Below are positions 17,585-25,997 of a stretch of DNA of 29,413 bases, one piece after another. A program made the translations under genes and the position numbers. How positions within the stretch are numbered: the first letter of the stretch is position 1; the number at the start of each line of letters is the position of its first letter. Below the pieces are notes generated by a model. It saw only the letters and a program-made list of their open reading frames with translations, ran no database searches and was not told where the DNA came from. Origin of the DNA: a virus (taxonomy: Duplodnaviria; Caudoviricetes); the IMG/VR virus record IMGVR_UViG_3300037631_003881, positions 1-29,413 of that record; one strand, written 5' to 3'.

Positions 17585-18358
17585 ATGTACAATACTTTAT
17601 ACACATTTGGATGTAGTTTTACAATATACAAATGGCCCACGTGGGCTGATTATTTGCATGTGGGAGGCTTAGCCAAGGAGTATAGTAACTGGGCATTACC
17701 AGGAGGCAGTAATGACTTTATATTACATAGTTTTACTGAGTGCATAAGCAGACATACTATTACTAATAAAGACTTGGTGTGTATAATGTGGAGTCAACCG
17801 GCTCGCATTGCGGACTATACAGATGATACAGGATGGGATATGCCTGGCAACGCATACCTATACCAACCTAAGGAACGTGCAAAATATTTACATGAAGATA
17901 AAATTGCATTAGAAAATCACAGTTACTTTAAAGCAGTAGCAACGATACTAGAAAGCATTGGTTGTGATTTTTATTTTACAAGTATGGAACGTATTGATCT
18001 CAAGTATAATGATGTATATGACACAAAGAAGTATTTTAATATGAGCATGGCAGAGTTTTTAAGATACAAAGGACCAAACGAAACTACCTGGAGAGAGACC
18101 ATGACCGGCGACAGGCATCCTAGTCCGGCTGAACATGCAAGTTTCGCTAAACAGATGTACACACTAGACGAACATGCAGTTGATGAATTAACACAACAAG
18201 CAGTGGATTATATATGGGGTAGCGATAAGCCTTGGCAAAGAAGTTTTATATATAAAACTGATAAATCTCCCACATATAGATTGCCAAGTAAACCTGACCA
18301 CTACACCGACGGAAATGGTAAGTTAAGACATGTCACCACAATTAAGCCTAAGTCGTAG
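17585..18358 (+). CDS. SGNH/GDSL-fold hydrolase or acyltransferase-like protein
   Basis: Block I FGCSFT, block II ALPGGSN, IMWS, block V DRHPS (DxH). Confidence 0.7.
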   Translation: MYNTLYTFGCSFTIYKWPTWADYLHVGGLAKEYSNWALPGGSNDFILHSFTECISRHTITNKDLVCIMWSQPARIADYTDDTGWDMPGNAYLYQPKERAKYLHEDKIALENHSYFKAVATILESIGCDFYFTSMERIDLKYNDVYDTKKYFNMSMAEFLRYKGPNETTWRETMTGDRHPSPAEHASFAKQMYTLDEHAVDELTQQAVDYIWGSDKPWQRSFIYKTDKSPTYRLPSKPDHYTDGNGKLRHVTTIKPKS

Positions 18359-19391
18359 CAACTTTCACTACAAACACAATACACCTCAGGGTAAAATGCT
18401 ACGTGCTATATTAAAACGTACAGGACCTTTGAAAGATGTTTGGTACAGTGATACTATGAATATGCCAAGTATATTTCATTTAAAAAAATGGTATACAGGT
18501 ACAGTGATAATTTATTGTTGGTGGGATCCTGCCAGGGATATACTTACAAAATACTTAGATGACTGTGATTTAAATTTTATTATAATTACACCAGACGTGG
18601 AGTATGCTGGCACACACAGCAAGCAACATGTGATAGGATGGGAAAAGCAATACGGATTACACATGGATCTTATTGCTCCCAGTAGACCTGCAACACATAC
18701 AACCGGTGATAAGTTTCTTTGTATGATGCGCAACCATAAGAGTGAACGTATACAGTTTTTACAGGAACTATGGCAAAACAATTTGTTAAACGATCATATA
18801 AGTTATCTTGGTCAAATAAACACAGAAGATAATGGACGTACTAGAAGAAGTATAGACGATATTCTAAAACCTCAAAAATTTATAGACAGCCAGTTTACAC
18901 ACGAACTAAGTCCAGAATTTATACAGTGGTGTTACAAAAATTTACCATTATCAATACCAGATGATAACACACAGCAATCTGAACGTAATACAGATTTCTA
19001 TACAGTTGGAAATATTGATTGGTATGATAATACAGACTACAGCATTGTACTAGAGACATACTGGGCTAATACAAACTTTCTAACAGAAAAAAGTTTTAAG
19101 CCTATTATTGCACAGCATCCTTTTATTAACTTAGGAAATAGCACAACTGCATTGTTAAAGCGATTGGGTTTTGATGTATTTGATGACGTACTGGATTTGC
19201 AATATGATAGTATGCCAACAGAGGAAAAAATAAAATTTGTATCTAATATGCTACCAGTAAAATTTGATATAGATCCTGCAAGATTAAAACAAAATCTTAA
19301 CGTTCTTGCTGACCTTCGCCATCAAGCGGTTTACGAACAGAATCTCTTAGTAGACCGTTTGGAAGATAGTCTAGCCAACTTTGGTGTTTGA
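18330..19391 (+). CDS. Glycosyltransferase-like protein (GT-B C-terminal lobe resembling GT10/exostosin-type)
   Basis: FLCMMR...ER, YSIVLET...FLTEKSFKPI...PFI.LG...LKRLGFDVFDD resemble the F.L.FEN..Y.TEK nucleotide-sugar-binding motif. Confidence 0.55.
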   Translation: MSPQLSLSRSNFHYKHNTPQGKMLRAILKRTGPLKDVWYSDTMNMPSIFHLKKWYTGTVIIYCWWDPARDILTKYLDDCDLNFIIITPDVEYAGTHSKQHVIGWEKQYGLHMDLIAPSRPATHTTGDKFLCMMRNHKSERIQFLQELWQNNLLNDHISYLGQINTEDNGRTRRSIDDILKPQKFIDSQFTHELSPEFIQWCYKNLPLSIPDDNTQQSERNTDFYTVGNIDWYDNTDYSIVLETYWANTNFLTEKSFKPIIAQHPFINLGNSTTALLKRLGFDVFDDVLDLQYDSMPTEEKIKFVSNMLPVKFDIDPARLKQNLNVLADLRHQAVYEQNLLVDRLEDSLANFGV

Positions 19392-19866
19392 CATAAAAAG
19401 GAAAACGGCTCCTAAGAGCCGCCATTTGATAATATTCAGGAACATGCGGTTTCCGAATAGGGGACCAGAGTTTAGCACCTTTGGCAACATTACAAGTTTT
19501 GCATGCAATAACAACATTATCCCAGCGTGTCTTACCGCCTTTGGCTCTAGGCACAACATGATCAACAGTTAGTTCGTCCATGGTATGTTTTGTATCACAG
19601 TACTGACAAGTAAACTGATCTCTTAGTGCGAGATTACTTCTGCTAAACTTAACATTGTGTTTGATGTTTTGGTAGTCTTTAACCATGATAGTAGCAGGTA
19701 CTTTCATGCTAAATGTTGGGCTACTTATTTCCCAATCATCATACCATTCCAGTACAGTGACTTTATCAAGCCAACATAGTTTAACTGCTCTTTGCCAATT
19801 AATTGTACTAACAGGAAAACTGCTAATAGGTTGACCACTTGTGTTGAGTAATAGAGTATCGCTCAT
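19297..19866 (-). CDS. HNH endonuclease (McrA/HNH_5-like)
   Basis: TLLLN...WQRA, FSRSNL.LRDQFTCQYC, TVDHVVPRAKGG, W.NVVIACKTCNVAK. ATG 19866 follows GTAAATA. Confidence 0.9.
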   Translation of the reverse strand: MSDTLLLNTSGQPISSFPVSTINWQRAVKLCWLDKVTVLEWYDDWEISSPTFSMKVPATIMVKDYQNIKHNVKFSRSNLALRDQFTCQYCDTKHTMDELTVDHVVPRAKGGKTRWDNVVIACKTCNVAKGAKLWSPIRKPHVPEYYQMAALRSRFPFYVKHQSWLDYLPNGLLRDSVRKPLDGEGQQER

Positions 19867-19874
19867 TGTAATAA

Positions 19875-19904
19875 TATTTACCAGCTTTGTAATTTTTATA
19901 AATA
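19875..19904. promoter_or_regulatory. Divergent late promoters: GTAAATA (- strand, 19881-19875) and TATAAATA (+ strand, 19897-19904)
   Basis: Both lie in a 43-bp gap between divergent ATGs at 19866 and 19910. Confidence 0.7.
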
Positions 19905-19909
19905 TTTGC

Positions 19910-20335
19910 ATGAGATATGTTAACGGAAATTACATATCAGTATTTAAGGACTGCATATCGCAAACCAGTGAAAAAACTGGGTATACTCTGCCCGAAGAAG
20001 TGGAAGCATATTGTGCTATACTTTTGGGTAGTTATGTAGACCGACCTAACTTCTTACCAGAAAGTACATTTGCAGAAAGCTACTTGCAACTTAGTAGACA
20101 AAATAGCCTGCAAGCAAAAGAACTTGCTGACGTTTGCTTAGTTGTTGTAGGAGTATTTGAAACAGTTGGAAACATGCCCAAAGAATACTACATTAACATT
20201 GGAAAATCAAGTTATGATCTCGCTAGCAAACAACTAAATTATAGACTATTTGCTGAACTTTGTCAATACTTTGATGTTGTTGCACATATTATTCAACTAA
20301 GTACTACACCAGAAAAAACACCAAGGATACGATAA
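19910..20335 (+). CDS. Conserved hypothetical helical protein, 141 aa, coupled to the large terminase
   Basis: ATG 5 nt after TATAAATA. Motifs ELADVCL..VGVF, YYINIGKSSY, LFAEL. TAATG overlap with gp17. Confidence 0.7.
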   Translation: MRYVNGNYISVFKDCISQTSEKTGYTLPEEVEAYCAILLGSYVDRPNFLPESTFAESYLQLSRQNSLQAKELADVCLVVVGVFETVGNMPKEYYINIGKSSYDLASKQLNYRLFAELCQYFDVVAHIIQLSTTPEKTPRIR

Positions 20336-21900
20336 TGGCTAAAACACTCGATGGTGTGCTTATCAAAAAAGCATATCAAAAAGAAAATTTTACTAAAGAA
20401 GAATTTACAGAATTTGCAAAATGTGCAGATCCTGTTAATGGTGTTTATCATTTTATGAATAATTACTTCAATATACAACACCCTACAAAAGGTCGTATGG
20501 TATATAAAGCATTTGACTATCAAAAGAAACTATTACAAACTTATCATAACTATCGCTTTAACATTAACATGCTACCTAGACAAACAGGTAAAAGTACTAC
20601 AGCTGCCGGATACTTGTTATGGTATGCTATGTTTGTTCCTGATAGTGTAATCCTTATTGCAGCACACAAGTATGCAGGCGCGCAGGAGATTATGCAACGT
20701 ATACGTTATGCTTATGAACTATGTCCGGATCATATTCGTGCTGGTGTAACTAGTTACAACAAAGGCAGTATAGACTTTGACAATGGTAGTCGTATTGTAG
20801 CACAAGCAACCACTGATAATACTGGTCGAGGTATGAGTATTACACTGCTATACTGTGACGAGTTTGCATTTGTGCGTCCTAGTATTGCTCGTGAGTTCTG
20901 GACTAGTATTTCACCTACATTGGCAACAGGTGGTAAGGCTATTATTACAAGCACGCCTAACAGTGACGAGGATCAGTTTGCAACCATTTGGCGTGATGGA
21001 AATAAAACATACGACACCGATGGTAACGAAGCAGACGTTGGTATTAACGGTTTTAAGACTTATCAAAGTTATTGGTGGGAACATCCAGATAGAGATGAAA
21101 AATGGAAAGCAGAAGAACTAGGACGTATTGGTGAAGAACGTTTCCGTCGTGAACACGAGTGTGAATTTATTATATATGATGAAACGCTTATTGACAGCAT
21201 GATACTTACTAATATGCGTAGCATAGAGCCAGCATTTAGGCATGGAAAAGTGAGATGGTTTAAAAAGCCAAATCCAAAAATGACATACTTAGTTGGTCTT
21301 GATCCTAGTCTTGGCACTGGCGGCGATCCTGCAGCTATACAAATATTTGAAGTACCTAGTATGGAACAAGTAGGAGAATGGAGTCATAACAAAACTCCTA
21401 TACCTCAACAAATAAGAATACTTGTTGATATAAACAAGTATCTACTAGAAGAAGGTGTAGACGCTAATAGTATCTACTATAGTATGGAAAATAATACTAT
21501 CGGAGAAGCAGCGTTACAAAGTGTTGCTGAAATTGGCGAAGAGAATATACCAGGTATATTCCTAAGTGAACCAAAAAGTCACGGAAATGCAAGAGCATAT
21601 AGACGAGGCTTTAATACAACACACCGCAGTAAACTAAGTGTATGTGCAAAGTTTAAAACACTTGTAGAGACAGATAAGGTTAAAATTAATAGTAAAATGC
21701 TAGTAAGTGAACTAAAGAGCTTCATTGCTAGTGGTAATAGTTACAAAGCAAAAATCGGTGACACTGATGATTTGGTAATGAGTACAATGCTAGTAATGCG
21801 TATGGCACAAGTGCTTAAAAGTTATAATCCAGAACTTGAGAGTCATATTCGCGATAGTGATGATTTTGATGTCGAACCAATGCCGTTCATTATGGTTTAG
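20335..21900 (+). CDS. gp17: Terminase large subunit (T4 gp17-like)
   Basis: Walker A PRQTGKST, Walker B LLYCDEFAF, ITSTPN coupling motif, F.REHECEF, nuclease motifs GLDPS.G.GGD and DDLVMS. Confidence 0.96.
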   Translation: MAKTLDGVLIKKAYQKENFTKEEFTEFAKCADPVNGVYHFMNNYFNIQHPTKGRMVYKAFDYQKKLLQTYHNYRFNINMLPRQTGKSTTAAGYLLWYAMFVPDSVILIAAHKYAGAQEIMQRIRYAYELCPDHIRAGVTSYNKGSIDFDNGSRIVAQATTDNTGRGMSITLLYCDEFAFVRPSIAREFWTSISPTLATGGKAIITSTPNSDEDQFATIWRDGNKTYDTDGNEADVGINGFKTYQSYWWEHPDRDEKWKAEELGRIGEERFRREHECEFIIYDETLIDSMILTNMRSIEPAFRHGKVRWFKKPNPKMTYLVGLDPSLGTGGDPAAIQIFEVPSMEQVGEWSHNKTPIPQQIRILVDINKYLLEEGVDANSIYYSMENNTIGEAALQSVAEIGEENIPGIFLSEPKSHGNARAYRRGFNTTHRSKLSVCAKFKTLVETDKVKINSKMLVSELKSFIASGNSYKAKIGDTDDLVMSTMLVMRMAQVLKSYNPELESHIRDSDDFDVEPMPFIMV

Positions 21901-21901
21901 G

Positions 21902-21909
21902 CATAAATA
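21902..21909 (+). promoter_or_regulatory. Late promoter CATAAATA
   Basis: Sits in a 14-bp gap after the terL stop, 5 nt before ATG 21915. No SD. Confidence 0.7.
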
Positions 21910-21914
21910 CACTT

Positions 21915-24218
21915 ATGAGATCACATGAAAACATAGCAGAAGAACTATTTGATAAAATCCGTAGTAGAGTTGCCAACATTAAGTTGGGGAACAGTGAAGG
22001 CGAGATTACTACAGATCCTAAACAAGCAAGATTCTTCGAATTTAATTTTAAACACAGAGATTTGCCAATTGGTGCTGTAGCAATTAGCCTCAATGAAGAA
22101 GGTATACTGCAAGTATATTTTCCTAATAGTATGGTTGAAGATGCAGATAGCAGTACATCAGATGCTTGGTATGGATTTTTAAAAGAACTACGTAAATTCA
22201 GTGCTAGAAATATGCTTAATTTTGAAGTGAAGAATCTCACAAAAGAGAGACTGGATAAAAAAGACTACCAGTTTTTAACGCAACGTAACCAGGACGAAGT
22301 GATGGAAACCAAAATGTATGGAAGTAAGCGTAAGAGCTACTTAGAAGCTGGACAAGCAAAAATTATTGTACAGCATAACAGAACTGTAGATGAAGAAAAG
22401 ATGGGCGCACGTAGTCGTAACATCAAAGCAATCTACATTGAGAACAGCGACGGCGAAAGATTTAAGTTTGTAAACAACTATTTGCCAGGCGCACGTGCAA
22501 TGGCACGCCACGTTAGTAATGACGGTATTACTAAAGATGAAATTGGCGCACACATTGTTGAGATCATGGATGAGATGAATCAACTTAAGAGTTTTGTTAA
22601 GGCTGTAAAAAGTCAAGACTATGTAAATGAAGATGCGCAAGAAGTTATTAGTGCTGCAACTGATAGATATTATGGTCTTAAAGATACACTAAAAAGCATT
22701 AGTAGTGCAAAAGGTTATGCTGACTACTTTGAAAACTGGGCACCTGGTCAAGTTGAAGTAGAAGAAGATGACATTGAAGATTTAAAAACAAAATTAACAC
22801 GTCAAGTATTTGATGATAGAATTACAGACACACTACCAAGTGTAGGTCGTGCATTAAGACATAAGCAGGAGCAAGCAAAAATGGAAGACGATGACAAGAT
22901 CAAAGATTATTTTGATACATCAGTTGATCCACAAGAGCCAGCAGATATGGCAAAAGCGGACGCTAATACAGCAAGCAGCGAACAAGCACTAGCAGATCTT
23001 GCCAGTAATGATGAAAACATTGTAGTATATGATAATCCTAGCAAGGATGAAATCAAGAGCTACTTGGCTATGATGAAACAAAGCGATATGCCAACAGATA
23101 AAAAGAATCAGAACATGATTGTTAATATCATTGAATATCTAGCAAACAACATGGTTGATGATAATGCAGCACGTGCGCTTAGTAACCTAGACTTGGGATC
23201 ACCGGAAGGTCGTAAGACTGGTATGCAAGTTGCAGTTAAGTACCTTAAGGGCAAAGTAGAACTACAAGCACCTAAGGCAAAGAAAGACAAGTTTGGCAAA
23301 ACAAAAGAAGATACTACATTTGAAGCATACGCAGAGCGCATGGACTTAGTTAGTGAAGGCACATGGAGTTTACCAGAGAACGAAGATGAAGCAATGAAAA
23401 TTGCGGCGATGATGGATCAGCCTATTGCATTAGGTGATGGCGGCGATGACGCTATCAATGCACTTGGTGGTCTAATAGGTGATGATGAACTGTTTGATGA
23501 CCTAGGTGATGCCGGCGACAAAGACCCAGCTGGAGATGCTCGTCCAATTATCATTAATTGGTTAGAATCACACGTAAGCGATTACAATACAAAGTACGAA
23601 AAGCATATGCAACTTGCACTAGACAATATCAAATCTGCAGGTAACGAGACAAATGAAGAAGTAGAACTAGATGAAGGCATGTGTTCACTAAAGTGTAAGC
23701 ATTGCGGCGATATGCTAGGTCAACCTACTACAGATTGTGAATATAATAGCCAGGATCCAAAAGGTGATAACTGGGTAATGGTAGATATAGATGGCGACGG
23801 CGACAACGACATTGCAGTTAAGAATGAAGATGAAATTGAAGAAGGTCGCATGAGTGATCTAGCACAAGAGATTGATGAAGTGGCTGCAGAAATGGAACAA
23901 AACGATATGTTAGCACCATTTGTAGATGACTTTATTACTATGGCTCAAAAGACTTATGATATTAAAGCAGCACTAGAAGCAGTACTACCAGACTATGTTC
24001 CAGGTAATATGATTAAAGATTTAGTAGGCGAAGCAGTTGAAGAAGTTGAGGAAGTAGACGAAGCAGCAGATATGATTGCAAAGATGAAGTCAATGGCAGG
24101 CGTTGGCAGTGGTGCAAGAAGCAACCATGGCATACACGAAGGCGAAGAAGGTTACCGTTTAACTCCAAGAAGTTTAGTAGCACGTGAAATGCGTAAACTA
24201 CAAGACCTCGAAAAGTAA
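21915..24218 (+). CDS. Large acidic hypothetical protein, 767 aa (possible head-associated/internal protein)
   Basis: Globular N-terminal ~310 aa (IKAIYIENSDGERFK...GARAMARHV). Acidic modular C-terminus with (L/I/V)-x-E sites, a Cys cluster and DIDGDGDND. Confidence 0.7.
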   Translation: MRSHENIAEELFDKIRSRVANIKLGNSEGEITTDPKQARFFEFNFKHRDLPIGAVAISLNEEGILQVYFPNSMVEDADSSTSDAWYGFLKELRKFSARNMLNFEVKNLTKERLDKKDYQFLTQRNQDEVMETKMYGSKRKSYLEAGQAKIIVQHNRTVDEEKMGARSRNIKAIYIENSDGERFKFVNNYLPGARAMARHVSNDGITKDEIGAHIVEIMDEMNQLKSFVKAVKSQDYVNEDAQEVISAATDRYYGLKDTLKSISSAKGYADYFENWAPGQVEVEEDDIEDLKTKLTRQVFDDRITDTLPSVGRALRHKQEQAKMEDDDKIKDYFDTSVDPQEPADMAKADANTASSEQALADLASNDENIVVYDNPSKDEIKSYLAMMKQSDMPTDKKNQNMIVNIIEYLANNMVDDNAARALSNLDLGSPEGRKTGMQVAVKYLKGKVELQAPKAKKDKFGKTKEDTTFEAYAERMDLVSEGTWSLPENEDEAMKIAAMMDQPIALGDGGDDAINALGGLIGDDELFDDLGDAGDKDPAGDARPIIINWLESHVSDYNTKYEKHMQLALDNIKSAGNETNEEVELDEGMCSLKCKHCGDMLGQPTTDCEYNSQDPKGDNWVMVDIDGDGDNDIAVKNEDEIEEGRMSDLAQEIDEVAAEMEQNDMLAPFVDDFITMAQKTYDIKAALEAVLPDYVPGNMIKDLVGEAVEEVEEVDEAADMIAKMKSMAGVGSGARSNHGIHEGEEGYRLTPRSLVAREMRKLQDLEK

Positions 24219-24240
24219 AAAACAATTTATAAAAAAGATT

Positions 24241-24260
24241 AGGACCTTCGGGTCCTTTTC
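24241..24260 (+). terminator. Rho-independent terminator with cUUCGg tetraloop
   Basis: AGGACC-TTCG-GGTCCT-TTT, a classic T4-type terminator. Confidence 0.85.
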
Positions 24261-24293
24261 TGTTGAATAACCAAAAAAATTCAATAATAATAG

Positions 24294-24322
24294 TTGACAT
24301 GATAAATAAAAGCGCATATACT
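24294..24322 (+). promoter_or_regulatory. Sigma70 promoter with an embedded late motif upstream of ssb
   Basis: TTGACA (24294-24299), 17 nt, TATACT (24317-24322). GATAAATA (24301-24308) lies in the spacer. Confidence 0.8.
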
Positions 24323-24338
24323 AGTAACATAGTATGTG

Positions 24339-24373
24339 AATAGGCACATAACAATAAACCCAAATAGGCACAT
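24339..24373 (+). repeat. Direct repeat AATAGGCACAT x2 in the ssb leader
   Basis: Copies at 24339-24349 and 24363-24373. A third ATAGGCACAT lies at 28617-28626. Confidence 0.8.
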
Positions 24374-24388
24374 TTATAGGAGAAAATA

Positions 24389-25396
24389 ATGGCAACATCT
24401 TTGGCAGAAATTAGAGCAAAACTTAAATCTCAAGAATCACGCAGTGAGCGTACAGGCGGCGGCGACAACGCAATCTTCCCACATTGGAATATTCCAGAAG
24501 GCACAACTACAGCAGTACGTTTCCTTCCGGACAACGATCCTAACAACACATTTTTCTGGGCTGAAAGGCTTATGATTCGTTTACCATTTAATGGTGTAAA
24601 GAACGACATGAACTCAAAGCCAGTTGTAGTACAAGTACCTTGTGTTGAGATGTGGAATGAAACATGTCCTGTACTTAGTGAAGTACGTGGTTGGTTCAAA
24701 GACTCGTCACTCGAGGAAATGGGTCGCAAGTATTGGAAGAAGCGTAGTTATATCTTCCAAGGTTTTGTGACCGAGAATACACTTCAAGAAGATGCACCTG
24801 AGAATCCAATTCGCAGATTTGTTATCTCACCAAGCATTTTTAATCTTATTAAAGATGCACTTATGGATCCGGATATCCAAGAAATGCCCACTGATTACAC
24901 ACAGGGTTTGGACTTCCGTATTACAAAAACAACTAAAGGTCAGTATGCAGACTACAGCACAAGTAAGTGGGCTCGTAAAGAGACTGCACTTAGTGAAGCA
25001 CAAATGGCAGCTATTGAGACACATGGTCTTAATACACTATCTGACTACCTCCCTAAAAAACCTACTGAAGTAGAATTGCAGTGCATTAAAGAGATGTTCG
25101 AAGCAAGTGTAGATGGACAGCCCTATGACGTTGAACGTTGGGGGCAGTATTATCGTCCATATGGTATTGACGCTCCTGCGAGTTCCTCAAACTCTAGTAC
25201 GTCTACAGCACCAGCGGCAACTACCCCGTCACCTGCTCCGACAGCAACTCCAACACCTGTAGCAGAAGCAGCACCAGTTGCGGCACCTGCTCCCCAGACT
25301 GAAACTGTAGCAGCACCAGTTGCGGCTCCAGCGGCTGAAGGTGAAAGTAAGCGGGCAGAAGACATCCTTGCGATGATTCGTAACCGTCAATCATAA
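24389..25396 (+). CDS. gp32: Single-stranded DNA-binding protein (T4 gp32-like)
   Basis: VRFLPD, CPV, YWKKRSY, GLDFRITKT, YADYSTSKW motifs. AGGAG SD. Pro/Ala linker. Confidence 0.88.
   Translation: MATSLAEIRAKLKSQESRSERTGGGDNAIFPHWNIPEGTTTAVRFLPDNDPNNTFFWAERLMIRLPFNGVKNDMNSKPVVVQVPCVEMWNETCPVLSEVRGWFKDSSLEEMGRKYWKKRSYIFQGFVTENTLQEDAPENPIRRFVISPSIFNLIKDALMDPDIQEMPTDYTQGLDFRITKTTKGQYADYSTSKWARKETALSEAQMAAIETHGLNTLSDYLPKKPTEVELQCIKEMFEASVDGQPYDVERWGQYYRPYGIDAPASSSNSSTSTAPAATTPSPAPTATPTPVAEAAPVAAPAPQTETVAAPVAAPAAEGESKRAEDILAMIRNRQS
25267..25326 (+). repeat. 18-bp direct repeat AGCAGCACCAGTTGCGGC in the gp32 Pro/Ala linker
   Basis: Copies at 25267-25284 and 25309-25326 (encoding AAPVAA). Confidence 0.8.
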
Positions 25397-25401
25397 AGCA
25401 C

Positions 25402-25428
25402 AGAGGGCGGCAGAAATGTCGCCCTTTA
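25402..25428 (+). terminator. Terminator-like hairpin after ssb
   Basis: AGGGCGGCA-GAAA-TGTCGCCCT followed by only TT, so a short U tract and probably leaky. Confidence 0.7.
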
Positions 25429-25433
25429 ATACT

Positions 25434-25997
25434 ATGACACAATATAACAAACAATTATTATATCCAGCTATCTGTGAGGTATGTTACATGCCTGACGATA
25501 CATATGTGTATCCAATTTTTAAAAATGCCAGTAGTAGTATCCGTGCTACTAGTAAACGATCTATTGTTAATGCACAAATAAACCGTCATGCTGATACTGT
25601 TATAGTTTACTGGCGAGAAGCAAAACAGCGTTATCGTACAGGCGTAACAACATATCTACAACACCATCGGCACTTGGATGAAAATACTATAAAAGTGCTA
25701 ATTAATAATGGAGAGCTAGTTAATAGACATTTCATGCCACAGTATATGTGGTTATGTCATTTAGCATTGTATTATGATGGTGATATTATTCTCAAAGAGT
25801 TTAGTGAAGTTAATACAGATACACACAAAAATATTACTAAACACAAAACTACAATTAATGTAGATACAGATTGGAATTGTATAGACAATCTAATATTTCA
25901 TAAGTTTAAAAACAAAGTTTGCAAATTTACAGATATTCAAGAATACTTGAAACAGGAACATAAAGTTTTATGGAAAAACTATATTGCCCAAGGCTAG
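25434..25997 (+). CDS. Sulfotransferase family 2-like protein
   Basis: VYPIFKNASSS (5'-PSB-like), WRE...RY.TG (divergent 3'-PB), NRHFMPQ (xxHxxPQ). ATG 25416 lies inside the hairpin, so 25434 is preferred. Confidence 0.6.
   Translation: MTQYNKQLLYPAICEVCYMPDDTYVYPIFKNASSSIRATSKRSIVNAQINRHADTVIVYWREAKQRYRTGVTTYLQHHRHLDENTIKVLINNGELVNRHFMPQYMWLCHLALYYDGDIILKEFSEVNTDTHKNITKHKTTINVDTDWNCIDNLIFHKFKNKVCKFTDIQEYLKQEHKVLWKNYIAQG

Noticed and set aside
20335-21900. Intein or intron in terL (also checked gp18 and uvsX)
   Set aside because: The ORFs are continuous, terL is of normal length, and no intein splice motifs or LAGLIDADG blocks are visible.
24339-24373. Mini CRISPR array
   Set aside because: Only two 11-bp repeats with a 13-nt gap, far too short, and no cas genes.
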